IMG/VR virus record: IMGVR_UViG_3300034127_000023
Span: 1 to 35,795 of that record
From: a virus
Lineage: Duplodnaviria; Caudoviricetes
Length of the DNA: 35,795 nucleotides
Strand: one strand, 5' to 3'
Below the pieces are notes generated by a model. The model did not search any database. It had not been told where the DNA came from and saw only the letters and a list, made by a program, of their open reading frames with translations. Shown piece by piece: positions 1 through 9,612 of the stretch. Numbering within the stretch: position 1 is the stretch's first letter; the number at the start of each line of letters is the position of its first letter. The translations under genes were made by a program, and so were the position numbers.

Positions 1-127
1 TTTTTTGCATGATAGATGCTTCTTTATTGTCGCCCTTTTTAATTGCACTACCAATCATATCATCAAGAGATTGTTTTACATGATCTAAATAAGCCACAGA
101 ATTTGGCTTTACGTTTTTAAGGCTTTC
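1..127. repeat. Terminal direct repeat, identical to 35669-35795 (circular assembly overlap)
   Basis: ttttttgcatgatag...ttaaggctttc occurs at both ends. 127 nt matches a common k-mer size, and an ORF reads in frame across the junction. Confidence 0.95.
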
Positions 128-1225
128 TTGATATGCAGGTTTATTTTCAACAATTCTTTGCGCTTCTTGAATTACTTTATTATTAAATAAATTACTTATT
201 GTTTCTTGTGGAACATCTTTTTTATAAGCTTGCGAATATAGCTTTTTAACTTCAGGAGATAAATCTTGTTCCTTGTATACAGTGTTAAGTAATTTATCAA
301 TTGCTTTTTCTTCTGTTTTAATACGTTGTTCCCCTGCTGCATATAATTCTTTTGAACCTCCTTCAGTTTTTCCAATATTACCTTGAATAGCTCCAAGGTA
401 TGGACTTCCAGATGCTTCGGCAGGCGTTAAATAACTTAATCCTAATCGTTTAGCTGCTTGTAATTTATCTTGATAATTTGTTCCTTCAATTGATTTTGCT
501 ATATCTTTTTGAGCTTCTCTTGTAGGATTCCTTCCAGTTAATCCTAATAAAGAACCCAGCGCAGCAACGCTTAATTGTGCTGAAGTTGGTAATCCTGCTA
601 ATTTAGCACCTCCATATCCTAAACCGCCACCAATACCTCCAAGACCCAAGCGAGCACCAATTCTTAAATAAGGATTTTTAGATTTAATGCCTTCCATTAA
701 TGCACTAAAAGGCAATTGAGTTGCCCCTACTTTTGCAGACTCCTTAAACGGGTGCTCTTCTTCTTGTGTCATCGTATAGGCTGCTGGATAAATCGAATTG
801 CCAACTGTGGATTTTAATAGTTTTCCTATTTTAGGTATTTTTTCAATTGCTTGACCTAAACGGCCTAAAGAAGCTTCTGGCGCAACTATTGCAGGTAAAA
901 ATTGACCTATGACTTCTGTAGCTTTATCAGCAAATGTAGGTTCTTCATTCAATCCAACCATTTTTCTAAAGTTAGTTTTTTCAAAATAAGGGGCATTAGG
1001 CAAATGTAAGGCATGTGGAACATTTCCAATCCCTCTTAATCCTTCTAATAAACCAGCCGTTAAATTTCTTGGGGCTTTTGTTAAAAATCCTTCACCTTCA
1101 AGTTTTTTTTCATTTTTTTTATCACCATATAAAGCAATCCAATCTTTTTTAGGTTTAGTAATATCATTTGTTTTATTATCAGATGATTTATTCCCATATA
1201 AAGCAATCCAATCTTTTTTAGCCAT
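1..1225 (-). CDS. 5' part of the large DNA ejection protein (P22 gp16 position), 594 aa across the circular junction
   Basis: Manual translation from ATG at 1225 (MAKKDWIALYGNKSS...) is open to base 1 and joins VAYLDHVKQ of ORF 35109..35765. 1225+560=1785 nt. Gly/Ala-rich segment. Third gene after the gp7- and gp20-like genes. Confidence 0.8.
   Translation of the reverse strand, partial: MAKKDWIALYGNKSSDNKTNDITKPKKDWIALYGDKKNEKKLEGEGFLTKAPRNLTAGLLEGLRGIGNVPHALHLPNAPYFEKTNFRKMVGLNEEPTFADKATEVIGQFLPAIVAPEASLGRLGQAIEKIPKIGKLLKSTVGNSIYPAAYTMTQEEEHPFKESAKVGATQLPFSALMEGIKSKNPYLRIGARLGLGGIGGGLGYGGAKLAGLPTSAQLSVAALGSLLGLTGRNPTREAQKDIAKSIEGTNYQDKLQAAKRLGLSYLTPAEASGSPYLGAIQGNIGKTEGGSKELYAAGEQRIKTEEKAIDKLLNTVYKEQDLSPEVKKLYSQAYKKDVPQETISNLFNNKVIQEAQRIVENKPAYQESLKNVKPNSVAYLDHVKQSLDDMIGSAIKKGDNKEASIMQK
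1125..1221. repeat. 28-bp direct repeat (1125-1152, 1194-1221) encoding KKDWIALYG twice
   Basis: ccatataaagcaatccaatcttttttag read twice. Confidence 0.85.
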
Positions 1226-2420
1226 GAATGGATCCACCATCTGCAATAAACTCTTTTAATTCTTTTTTTGGAATAGGAAGTTTTGAAATTTCATTTGTGT
1301 TTGGATCTTTAATATATCCCCAAACCGCTCCTTCTGGTGGTGGCTCTTGATATCCCACTTCTTTTTCTTTATCTTCTTGTATCGCTTCATTTCTATTTTT
1401 AAGTATAGTTGAACCACCAACTGATACTTTGTTTCTAGCCTTAAACATTTTGCTTAGACCTTCATCAATTGTTTTTCGCGCCTCTTCTCTAGCTATTCCT
1501 GTAATTCTTGGAGCATGATTTTCTATAATTTGTCCTGAGTGACCCATTAATAAATTAGTAGCAGAAATACCAGGCTCTCCACCAGCCTGTCTATTTCTAA
1601 TTTGAGATAATTCATATTGCAGCGCTTGAACACCCATATATCGACCTAATTTTTTCTGTGATTCAGGATCTTTACTAACACTATCTTTTAATTGATCCCA
1701 TGAATAACCTAAATATGTCGTGCCGTATAAATCACCTAATTTATTTATATATTCATTTCCTGCTTTTAACTCTGATTCAGCTTGAGCAGCTTTAATACCG
1801 GAATTAAGTAAATTTGCAGTAGTACTAGCTTTAACTGTTCTTTCTAATGCTTGTTGGGTGCCAAAAGTCATTGGATTAAGTTTTGTACCGTCATTCAGTA
1901 CATTTCTACCGTTTGCATAAGCATCTGCTGCCTCACGTATTTGTTCTTGAGACAATTGTGGATTATCCGCTTGAACACCGCTTTCAAATTTTGCATAATC
2001 TTTGCTTCCTGTACTTCCACCACCAGCGCTTGTTTTATAATAATTTACCATTGCATTTTCTTTTGAAATCCTAGCTTTTTCACTTTCAGGTAAATACATA
2101 TTTTTAATTTTTTGTTCGTAATTTTCTTGTTCTAGTCTGTTCGGTAAAAATTTATTAGTAATATTTAATCTTTCTGTATCAGCTCCAATATGTCCAGTTG
2201 AAGCAAGTTTATAAGCCAAATCTGCCTTAGCCATTCTATCCGCATAAGGAACTTTGGCTGATTCAAGTCGATTAGCTATTTGAGTCTTCAATAAATTCTG
2301 AGACATTTGGCTAGGCATGTAAGCACTTTTGAAGCCTTTTTGAAGAGCCTCTTGAATATCAGGCATGCCTCCTGCTTCGCCAGCAGTTAATCTAAAAGGA
2401 GAAAATGTAGCTATTCCCAT
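1218..2420 (-). CDS. DNA ejection protein (P22 gp20 position), 400 aa
   Basis: Helical Q/A/K-rich ORF between the gp7-like and gp16-like genes. Call rests on synteny. Confidence 0.65.
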   Translation of the reverse strand: MGIATFSPFRLTAGEAGGMPDIQEALQKGFKSAYMPSQMSQNLLKTQIANRLESAKVPYADRMAKADLAYKLASTGHIGADTERLNITNKFLPNRLEQENYEQKIKNMYLPESEKARISKENAMVNYYKTSAGGGSTGSKDYAKFESGVQADNPQLSQEQIREAADAYANGRNVLNDGTKLNPMTFGTQQALERTVKASTTANLLNSGIKAAQAESELKAGNEYINKLGDLYGTTYLGYSWDQLKDSVSKDPESQKKLGRYMGVQALQYELSQIRNRQAGGEPGISATNLLMGHSGQIIENHAPRITGIAREEARKTIDEGLSKMFKARNKVSVGGSTILKNRNEAIQEDKEKEVGYQEPPPEGAVWGYIKDPNTNEISKLPIPKKELKEFIADGGSIHG

Positions 2421-2422
2421 TA

Positions 2423-3118
2423 TTAGCTTCCTCCATACATATCAGAACTCATTCCCCCGCCACTTCCAAGCCCTCCAAACAACCAAGGTGCAGCCTGACC
2501 CAAGCCACCGAATATATTCGACCAATTTTGTTGATTGCTTAAATTTTTTCCGGCTTGACCTGCGTATTTATAATTTGCCTGTTGACTTAAATTACTGCCA
2601 AGGTTTTCTGCTAATCTTGAACTAGCATCATACCCTCGTGTGGCAAGGTTTTCATTTCCACCTAATCCGACTTTATACAAATCTAATATATGATTTAAAT
2701 AGCTTTCATAGTCTTGAGAGGCGATATCATTAGCTATTTGCATTGAGTTTTGCTGATGCATTGGGGTTCCTAATGTTCCACCCGCAGCAGCCGCATTGCC
2801 AGCAGCTCCTAACGCTTGTTGGAGCTTAAATTGATACCCAGGCGATTCTTTATATCCTGCGCCTAATTGATTATATTGCTGGCCAGGATTTCCCATCAAT
2901 TGAGAATACATTTGCTGTAATTGGGGGGATGTTTGCTGACCTTGCAGAATATAGGAATTTAAATAAGTGCCTAAAGTTCCTGGAATTTGATTCAAATAAC
3001 TGTTAGCTGCTTGTGAAGGGTCGTTTTTATTTTTCTTACCACTGCCAAAAAGACCTGATAGCCCTCCCAGAATTGATCCTAATCCACTTGCCCCAGATAG
3101 ACTTCCTAAAATATCCAT
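2423..3118 (-). CDS. DNA transfer/pilot protein (P22 gp7-like), 231 aa
   Basis: Gly-rich hydrophobic termini (LGGLSGLFG), SPGYQF motif, Q/A/N-rich, downstream of gp10. Confidence 0.75.
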   Translation of the reverse strand: MDILGSLSGASGLGSILGGLSGLFGSGKKNKNDPSQAANSYLNQIPGTLGTYLNSYILQGQQTSPQLQQMYSQLMGNPGQQYNQLGAGYKESPGYQFKLQQALGAAGNAAAAGGTLGTPMHQQNSMQIANDIASQDYESYLNHILDLYKVGLGGNENLATRGYDASSRLAENLGSNLSQQANYKYAGQAGKNLSNQQNWSNIFGGLGQAAPWLFGGLGSGGGMSSDMYGGS

Positions 3119-3162
3119 ATTCCCTCGCTTTCACATCATGTGAATTGTTTAATAATTATATA

Positions 3163-3513
3163 TCAAGTTAATGTAACTGTCTTAAATAAAGGCGGTGTAT
3201 TTGGGTATGTATTATCATTTCTAACCGCTATCATAACTTTGTCTTGGGTGTAATCAGCGGGATCTGGAATTACATACAAAATTGTTCCTAATTGACATGT
3301 ATATTGTCCTTGGCCATCTTGATTATTTTGAATCTGAGTTACAAAGTCATTTGGAGCGGCCTCTTCAAATTGTGTAGGCGCAACCAGTCCTTCTGGGCCT
3401 GCATTTTTTTGAAGTTCGGTAATCAATTGCTGCATAAATACTTGTTCAATTGGGGTTCTATATCCATCTTCGGTTACTATCGGAGATAAAGAAGGAAGAT
3501 TAGGTATTTTCAT
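3163..3513 (-). CDS. Small virion/tail assembly protein, 116 aa
   Basis: ATGA overlap with the gp10-like stop. Occupies the P22 gp26/gp14 position. Confidence 0.55.
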   Translation of the reverse strand: MKIPNLPSLSPIVTEDGYRTPIEQVFMQQLITELQKNAGPEGLVAPTQFEEAAPNDFVTQIQNNQDGQGQYTCQLGTILYVIPDPADYTQDKVMIAVRNDNTYPNTPPLFKTVTLT

Positions 3514-5108
3514 TGATAAACCTCCACCACACCATCAAACACAACAAAACGACCAAACCCCCAAAATTGAAGCATGACTGTACTATCATTAGCAATCCCA
3601 AGTCTTTGATAGATAAATCTTGATTTTCTATTCCCTGTAGGATTCATATTTAATCGAAGTTGATTTCCAAAATTTTCACCACCATCACGCGAAATGGATA
3701 AATCAACTGCCTCAGATGCAACATCTACTTCTGTAACTCCTGTTTGATATTTTTGGTCTAATCCAATGGCTATAAAATTTTCAGTTGCTATTTCGTTGTA
3801 ATCTTCAGTTCCCAATATGATTGGCTGGCCTGCATAAAAAAAGAATTTTTTTATATTGTTTGGCTGACCATTTTCTATCGTAAACCCAAGAGATTTAATA
3901 ATAAAATATCGTTGCGATGGTATCCTAATAGGAGGCGTTATTCTAATCCTAGGTATTTCTTTTATATTAGTTAAAGAATATTGATAGTTTGTAAATGTAG
4001 TGCTAAATTCATAAATATTCCCATCGTTAAAGCTTACAAAGAAATAATTATTATTAAAAAATACAACTCTTCTTGCTATGTGATAATCTAAATTTTCATC
4101 ACTAAGCGTAAAAAACATTTTGCTATCAAAGTCATAAGCATAGCTTAAATTGTCTGTTTTAAATGTAAATTGATATAATAAATGACCGTCCAACTTCATT
4201 AAAAAACCAACACAGTCAGTCGGATTTGTAATTTGTGAAAATTTGAAATCTAATCCATCTGTTGATATTTCTTTAATATTATTACCGTCAGAATACATGA
4301 TTACAGGGCCGGATTGCTCGTTAGAACCAAGCCATACAATTGTATCGCCCAAATCCGCTATAGAAGAGGGATTCAAACATCCATAGTCAATATTGTATGA
4401 GTTTTGCCTTTGATAGGGGAATAATGCTGCGCCCACATCGACCCATGCTTCAACGACATTATGACCAAATAAAAATAATAGATTTCCACGTCCTGGGAAA
4501 GGAACTGCGGCTTGTACTGTGTCGGGTTTTGATTGTAACTGACCTATTGAGTTAGGTGTGTTAGGCCAAGTTGTTCCATCGTTGAATGCTGACAAAATCC
4601 AATTGACTGTTCCAATGCATGCAAGAATAAATCGACCATTTTGAAAATATATAGCACCAGGGCTTACAGTAAATCCAAATGATATAGATAAAGATGCACC
4701 CGTTACTGTTGTTGTGGTGTTAGTAGAGTAATTATAGACATAGATATTAACGCCATCAGTAATAGCTATTTGGTTTTTGTTATTTTCTGCAATGTAAACT
4801 TCGCCAATTGATGTTGCTATTGTTAAAATTGCTGTCTGTTGCAATGCTGTATTGATGCTATATATTTCATTTCCTACAACAGCAACCATAATATTTGCCC
4901 TGGATGAAGAATAAAGCCCTCTTCCCTCTGCATTTGTTGCTAAAGTTAATACATTTTTATATCCCGCATAATCGACTAAAGTATTATCTGAAACAAGCAT
5001 ATTCCATGTTTCTTCAACCGATGTTTTTGGGTATCTTCCATAATGCGTACCGCCCACTATTTTTAATGGCACATCTTGAATTGATTCTTTGGCAAATGGA
5101 GCGGGCAT
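3510..5108 (-). CDS. Packaged-DNA stabilization/tail hub protein (P22 gp10-like), 532 aa
   Basis: Beta-rich. Motifs GHLLYQFTF, LSISRDGGENFGN, GNRKSRFIYQRLG. Follows the gp4-like gene. Confidence 0.85.
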   Translation of the reverse strand: MPAPFAKESIQDVPLKIVGGTHYGRYPKTSVEETWNMLVSDNTLVDYAGYKNVLTLATNAEGRGLYSSSRANIMVAVVGNEIYSINTALQQTAILTIATSIGEVYIAENNKNQIAITDGVNIYVYNYSTNTTTTVTGASLSISFGFTVSPGAIYFQNGRFILACIGTVNWILSAFNDGTTWPNTPNSIGQLQSKPDTVQAAVPFPGRGNLLFLFGHNVVEAWVDVGAALFPYQRQNSYNIDYGCLNPSSIADLGDTIVWLGSNEQSGPVIMYSDGNNIKEISTDGLDFKFSQITNPTDCVGFLMKLDGHLLYQFTFKTDNLSYAYDFDSKMFFTLSDENLDYHIARRVVFFNNNYFFVSFNDGNIYEFSTTFTNYQYSLTNIKEIPRIRITPPIRIPSQRYFIIKSLGFTIENGQPNNIKKFFFYAGQPIILGTEDYNEIATENFIAIGLDQKYQTGVTEVDVASEAVDLSISRDGGENFGNQLRLNMNPTGNRKSRFIYQRLGIANDSTVMLQFWGFGRFVVFDGVVEVYQ

Positions 5109-5132
5109 CTAACCATCCTTGGTCAATGATTT

Positions 5133-5297
5133 TTATTTATAAAAAGAATCATCGTGACTCATATGAATATTAATTTCTTGAATTGGTTTTTTTATATTAT
5201 TATTTTTTTCAAAAAACTTTGAACTATAAGGAGCTGAAAATACTTGTCCTTTATTTTTTATTTCAATTATTCTTTTATTTTGTGGTGTTTTTAACAT
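5133..5297 (-). CDS. Small hypothetical protein, 54 aa (MLKTPQNKRII...), not in ORF track
   Basis: AAGGAG SD upstream of ATG, open frame to TAA. Confidence 0.45.
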   Translation of the reverse strand: MLKTPQNKRIIEIKNKGQVFSAPYSSKFFEKNNNIKKPIQEINIHMSHDDSFYK

Positions 5298-5331
5298 TTC
5301 AAGACTCCTTTAATTAATTATTAATATTAAA

Positions 5332-5529
5332 TTAATGTAGCCCTTTAGCTATCAATCCAATAATTGCACTATTGAAACCTATAATTATTCATATAATCCA
5401 TCTTAAATCGCGTTTTATTAATTTAATATCATCTTTTAATATCTCATTTGATGTTTCTTGTTTAGTAAGTCTTGATTCAAACAATAAGTCGTATTTTGTT
5501 GTTAATATTATTTCTTCTTCTCTAGTCAA
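5332..5529 (-). pseudogene. Coiled-coil/C-terminal TM protein related to the 33.7-35.1 kb array, with an in-frame TGA at 5389-5391
   Basis: Reads LTREEEIILTTKYDLLFESRLTKQETSNEILKDDIKLIKRDLRWII*IIIGFNSAIIGLIAKGLH*. The tail resembles ...MVAHGFHWF of 34040..34357. Confidence 0.65.
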
Positions 5530-5612
5530 ATGATAAATCCTGATTATTCGATAAATATTTAACAAAAATTACCAATTTATAACATAATATAGATATATGT
5601 ATGTTCAAATTG

Positions 5613-6317
5613 TTAAAACGGTAACCAACCAACCCCAATATTGACATATTGCCAGTCAATTGGATATGACGTGTCAAAGTATGATTGCTTGCGCATAGTT
5701 AAATCTTTAGGACTTACATCCATCAATTTTTTTCTTATTTCTTCATACTTTTTCATAGCTTGCTCAGGAAATGTTGCTCCCCATTCTGAGCAAATATAAT
5801 TGGCTAATTCATAACGTAAATATTCAATATAATAAAAATCATAAGTTAAGCTTAAATCAGTGTTTAAGGCCGCCTCTGTAAGAGCAAATTTTCCTTGCAT
5901 CTTTATTTGATAGATGCCACCAGGTAAAAAATACATATAGACATTCATGCCATCCAATACACGTTCAGCGCGATAACTAAACGGAAGGTTAGCAATATTA
6001 TCTACACGCGGAGTTCCAAAATATTCAAATCTACTTGCTTCATACATGCTATATCTGACAACGCCAATATTAAATGTCATCGTATCAATCATTAACAGAT
6101 TGGGTATAAAGTAAAGCTCTTGGTTTGGAACTGTATTAAATTCATAAGAAGTAAAGTACGGAATTAACCGCATATCCGTACTTTTGTAATCAAGTATTGC
6201 GTTTAATAAATATAAACCGTCTGAAATTTGACTTGCATTTGGAGTTTGCAAATCACGACTTACTATTTGTGATAAATAAAACGCTCTCGTAATTAACTGC
6301 TGCGCTGTATAAGCCAT
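5613..6317 (-). CDS. Head-to-tail adaptor (P22 gp4 position), 234 aa
   Basis: N-terminus TAQQLITRAF...DGLYLLNAIL and C-terminal LRYELA are typical of podophage adaptors. Synteny agrees. Confidence 0.75.
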   Translation of the reverse strand: MAYTAQQLITRAFYLSQIVSRDLQTPNASQISDGLYLLNAILDYKSTDMRLIPYFTSYEFNTVPNQELYFIPNLLMIDTMTFNIGVVRYSMYEASRFEYFGTPRVDNIANLPFSYRAERVLDGMNVYMYFLPGGIYQIKMQGKFALTEAALNTDLSLTYDFYYIEYLRYELANYICSEWGATFPEQAMKKYEEIRKKLMDVSPKDLTMRKQSYFDTSYPIDWQYVNIGVGWLPF

Positions 6318-6345
6318 GATTGCAAATCCTTATGCAATTTAGCGA

Positions 6346-7119
6346 TTAAATAAAGAACTCATAACCAACAACGCTTATTGCTACTGCTCCACCTGTTGTT
6401 AACTTATAATTAATTACTGGCGATGGAACTGAAGAAATAGCTACGGTTTGAGCCATCACTAAACTTGTACTTGTTACATGTACGCCTGTTACCTGTGAAG
6501 TTACAGATACGGCATTTCCCGTGCCATTTCCAGGAGTTAAGTTTAAAGTCTGACTAGCTGCTGATGGCGTGTAATCAGATAAAACATAAACAGGTGTGTT
6601 ATTTACTAAAGGCACAAGCGGAGTTAAGTCAACGTTTGCATATGTTGCAGAAGCGCCAGCTGTAACCGCTGTTGCCTGAGGCGCATCATACATAAAAAGA
6701 CGATAAGAGCCATTACCAGTTGTCCAATACCCTTTAAGCAAATGTACTGCGGCATCAGTCGCTACATATCCAATTAATTTAAATGCGCTATAACCAAAAG
6801 GGAGTAATGGTTGTGTGTATGATAATGAAAGCATACATCCTGGAAGATTAGAAGTTACTGGGTCTGCAACCAAAAATACCGCGTACACTTTAGAAGCAGC
6901 CAGTGTTCCTGTATCTAGACCATTAAGACCATTTACAGCAGCATTAATAACAACTGGGCTTAATAACTCAAGCTGAAATGTTTCTGTTGAGTCAATTGTT
7001 GTTCCTACTGCAACATCAAGTTTTGTTAATGGAGTTGTTGCATCATTACTAATACCAAGACCATTCGTATAAAAGAATGGAATCTGACCATATTGTTTGT
7101 AAGTTTCAGGAATTGCCAT
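6346..7119 (-). CDS. Virion structural protein (possible capsid decoration), 257 aa
   Basis: T/V/A/G-rich beta protein directly after the coat gene. Confidence 0.55.
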   Translation of the reverse strand: MAIPETYKQYGQIPFFYTNGLGISNDATTPLTKLDVAVGTTIDSTETFQLELLSPVVINAAVNGLNGLDTGTLAASKVYAVFLVADPVTSNLPGCMLSLSYTQPLLPFGYSAFKLIGYVATDAAVHLLKGYWTTGNGSYRLFMYDAPQATAVTAGASATYANVDLTPLVPLVNNTPVYVLSDYTPSAASQTLNLTPGNGTGNAVSVTSQVTGVHVTSTSLVMAQTVAISSVPSPVINYKLTTGGAVAISVVGYEFFI

Positions 7120-7148
7120 GATTAATAATCCTTATAATCAATTAATAA

Positions 7149-7164
7149 GCCCCTTAAAAGGGGC
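7149..7164 (-). terminator. Probable intrinsic terminator after the coat gene
   Basis: GCCCCTT-TT-AAGGGGC followed by TTATT on the minus strand. Confidence 0.6.
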
Positions 7165-7169
7165 AGACA

Positions 7170-8498
7170 TTACATAGGGAAAGCGAGGCGCATAGAGTTT
7201 TCAGCAACCAATGTGCTACCCCATATGCTGTCTCTTACGTAAGCTCTATTGTTGAGACCAAATTGACTACCAAAATAATGTCTTATAGCCGCTCCTGAGT
7301 CTGGGTCTCTCATATTTACTGTTGTAAATGGTGATTCGTCAGGCAAAGTAGGCATAGCCAAATAAAACTGGTCGCCAGACATCAAAATACCAGCCCTATG
7401 CGAAGGAAGCGGTGTGACTGTCATGCCAGCTTGTATTGCATTATTTAAGTTTTGGTTTTGGTTTTGAGCCCAAACTAAACCCACGCCATTAATGGTTTGA
7501 ATTTGAACTGTAACTGAGCCTGCAACAGTTGCAGCGTCCGCTATAGCTCTAAACTGTACAGGTTGTTGGGTGGGCTTATGACCTATGAAGGTTAAAAAGC
7601 GCATGTTTGGCTGCCCTGAAATACCATCATTAAACTGAAATAAATCACCAGCTTTAATAGCATTTGCGTCACTTCCACCAGTAGGCTCAGTAAATGTAAT
7701 AGCAGTAACATTCTGACCGGTTGGATCATTAGTTGATACGACAGTCATCACATTATTAGGAGCAGCTGTATTACCGATAGTTCCAGAAATATGTAATGGC
7801 AGTAAGTTTGACTGATACCATTCTGTATTTGCAAAACGACCTAATTCCCATGACATGGCGTCTTCATTGTTACGATTAATTGCAAATTGGTTTAAACCAG
7901 TTCCAATGATTGCAGGAATGTTTGCAACAGGTAAAATTGAACACATATCATGTTTAGCAGCACCAAAGTCTTCAAAGTTGGCCACTGCTTGAGCTAATTG
8001 CGTATAACTATTAATAGGTAGAACAGCGTTACCATAAAAACGGAAAGGGCCACTATTAACTTGAGGAGAGCCAAAGCTTGGATTTTGTGGATCATTAATT
8101 ACAACTCCGGATACAAAGTTCTTTAAAATGTCTGCCTCAATGATTGAGCCTAGCTCTTTCATTGCAGACATACCAAATCTATCCATGTATTCACGAACGT
8201 TAAATATAAATTGTTGGTCTGTATAAGCTGCTGCAACGTTAGCGGCTTGAGAACAAATAAGTGACTGCACGCGTTGAACAGAAGGTTGCTCAGTTATCAC
8301 AAGACCAGCATATGAAATATATCGAGGTGTTGTATCAAAAGTAACTGTGTCGCCTAAGTTTGCAACAAGTTCATTAAAATTACGAAATTTCTTGTTAGTA
8401 ATATTGATGCCAACAAATTCGTTTAATAACCACGCCAGTTCGGCTTTTTGATACGTTTGTACAGTTTGCAAAACGTTAATAGGTGTAGAGCCAGCCAT
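7170..8498 (-). CDS. Major capsid protein (P22 gp5-like), 442 aa
   Basis: NLGDTVTFD near the N-terminus, IKAGDLFQF insertion-domain motif, C-terminal RDSIWG. Follows the scaffold gene. Confidence 0.85.
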   Translation of the reverse strand: MAGSTPINVLQTVQTYQKAELAWLLNEFVGINITNKKFRNFNELVANLGDTVTFDTTPRYISYAGLVITEQPSVQRVQSLICSQAANVAAAYTDQQFIFNVREYMDRFGMSAMKELGSIIEADILKNFVSGVVINDPQNPSFGSPQVNSGPFRFYGNAVLPINSYTQLAQAVANFEDFGAAKHDMCSILPVANIPAIIGTGLNQFAINRNNEDAMSWELGRFANTEWYQSNLLPLHISGTIGNTAAPNNVMTVVSTNDPTGQNVTAITFTEPTGGSDANAIKAGDLFQFNDGISGQPNMRFLTFIGHKPTQQPVQFRAIADAATVAGSVTVQIQTINGVGLVWAQNQNQNLNNAIQAGMTVTPLPSHRAGILMSGDQFYLAMPTLPDESPFTTVNMRDPDSGAAIRHYFGSQFGLNNRAYVRDSIWGSTLVAENSMRLAFPM

Positions 8499-8548
8499 TT
8501 CAAATCTCCAAAGTCCATTTATTAGGAGATGACAGTCAAATCAGTGTT

Positions 8549-9289
8549 TTAGCGCCTAAACATTTTTCTGTAGTCACTCACACTCATCTGACCATCATCT
8601 ACAGATGCAGTTGATGAGGATTTGAGTTGACCCATTGGATCACGCGCTTGCGATTCTTGAGCTTTAGCGTCTTCGTTCTGCTTAATTGATTTTGCCAAGG
8701 ATGCCATTTGTTTTTGAGCTATATAAGGCTGGTCACGCACATCTGCTAATATTGCTGTTAACTTATGAGGATTATCTATAACTTCCTTCATAATATCGCC
8801 TGTATTATCAAATGTATTGGCCATCTCTATAAACGCATGCATTCTTGGATCGTTATAATTAAGCTGATTGAGTTCTGCTTCTAAACCTGGATATTTTTGT
8901 TCAGCCGCTTGCATTTTGCCCACAAAGGTATTAATTAAGTGGTCTTGTTTAAGCTGCTGAAATTGTGCTTGAAGTGCTTGAGGGGCTTGTTCTGCAATCA
9001 TCCTTTGAACATCTTCTTGACTCAATTGTGGCATGCCACCTAAGCCCTGATTTTGTTGAGGTTGTTGCATCGGTTGCTGTGCTATTTGAGCACCTTGGTC
9101 TTGTTGCATTTGCATAAGTGCTTCCTTTCGTCCTTTCTCATAAGCTCTTTCTCGTTCTCGCTTGACTACATCCGACACCTGCCGTTGATTAAACTTAGGT
9201 AGTTGGTCGTCTTCAATCTCAATCGGTTTCTGAGCTTGCTCTCCTTGCACCAAATCGTCCTGATTCGGCTCATTTTCTCCAACAGTCAT
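8549..9289 (-). CDS. Scaffolding protein (likely start ATG 9289)
   Basis: Q/E-rich coiled coil ending MSVSDYRKMFRR, a typical coat-binding tail. Lies upstream of the coat gene. Confidence 0.8.
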   Translation of the reverse strand: MTVGENEPNQDDLVQGEQAQKPIEIEDDQLPKFNQRQVSDVVKRERERAYEKGRKEALMQMQQDQGAQIAQQPMQQPQQNQGLGGMPQLSQEDVQRMIAEQAPQALQAQFQQLKQDHLINTFVGKMQAAEQKYPGLEAELNQLNYNDPRMHAFIEMANTFDNTGDIMKEVIDNPHKLTAILADVRDQPYIAQKQMASLAKSIKQNEDAKAQESQARDPMGQLKSSSTASVDDGQMSVSDYRKMFRR

Positions 9290-9393
9290 GTTCAAATCCT
9301 TATGTCCTGACTATTAAAATCGCGTCACCGTGATTCATTCTTTAACGTTAGAACGACACGACTATTTTATCCTCGGATAGCTCCGTAATTTAT

Positions 9394-9423
9394 ACATTAT
9401 TACATGGTGTTAAATTTTGTCAA
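9394..9423 (-). promoter_or_regulatory. Putative sigma70 promoter for scaffold/coat
   Basis: TTGACA (9423-9418) with AATAAT or TAATGT at 16-18 nt spacing. Confidence 0.45.
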
Positions 9424-9428
9424 TCTCA

Positions 9429-9584
9429 TTAATACTTGGGCTTTTTCTTCTTATTTTTTTCGCCAGCCTCACTATATGCTATCGCTACCGATTGCTTTTG
9501 CGATTTTCCTCTTTCCATCTCTCGCTTTATGTTCTCTGAAAAGCCTTTTTTTGTTTTAGCTTTGGCCCCTTTTATCAGGGGCAT
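9429..9584 (-). CDS. Small basic phage protein, 51 aa, not in ORF track
   Basis: MPLIKGAKAKTKKGFSENIKREMERGKSQKQSVAIAYSEAG... resembles the MPLKKG...KQAVAIA small proteins of phage head modules. GGAG SD. Confidence 0.75.
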   Translation of the reverse strand: MPLIKGAKAKTKKGFSENIKREMERGKSQKQSVAIAYSEAGEKNKKKKPKY

Positions 9585-9612
9585 TATTATACTCCAATTA
9601 ATCAATTTATGA

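Noticed and set aside
3130-3144. TTCACA-TGA-TGTGAA hairpin before the gp7-like gene as a CsrA site
   Set aside because: The loop is TGA, not GGA, so it was not counted.
5389-5391. TGA recoding (alternative genetic code)
   Set aside because: TGA is used as a normal stop in coupled genes (3510, 14700, 15026, 26578), and all long genes are intact in code 11.
5576-5606. dif-like XerCD integration site
   Set aside because: TTATGTTATAA resembles a XerD arm, but the XerC arm and spacing do not fit. TTATGTTAAAA near 23220 also lacks a XerC arm.
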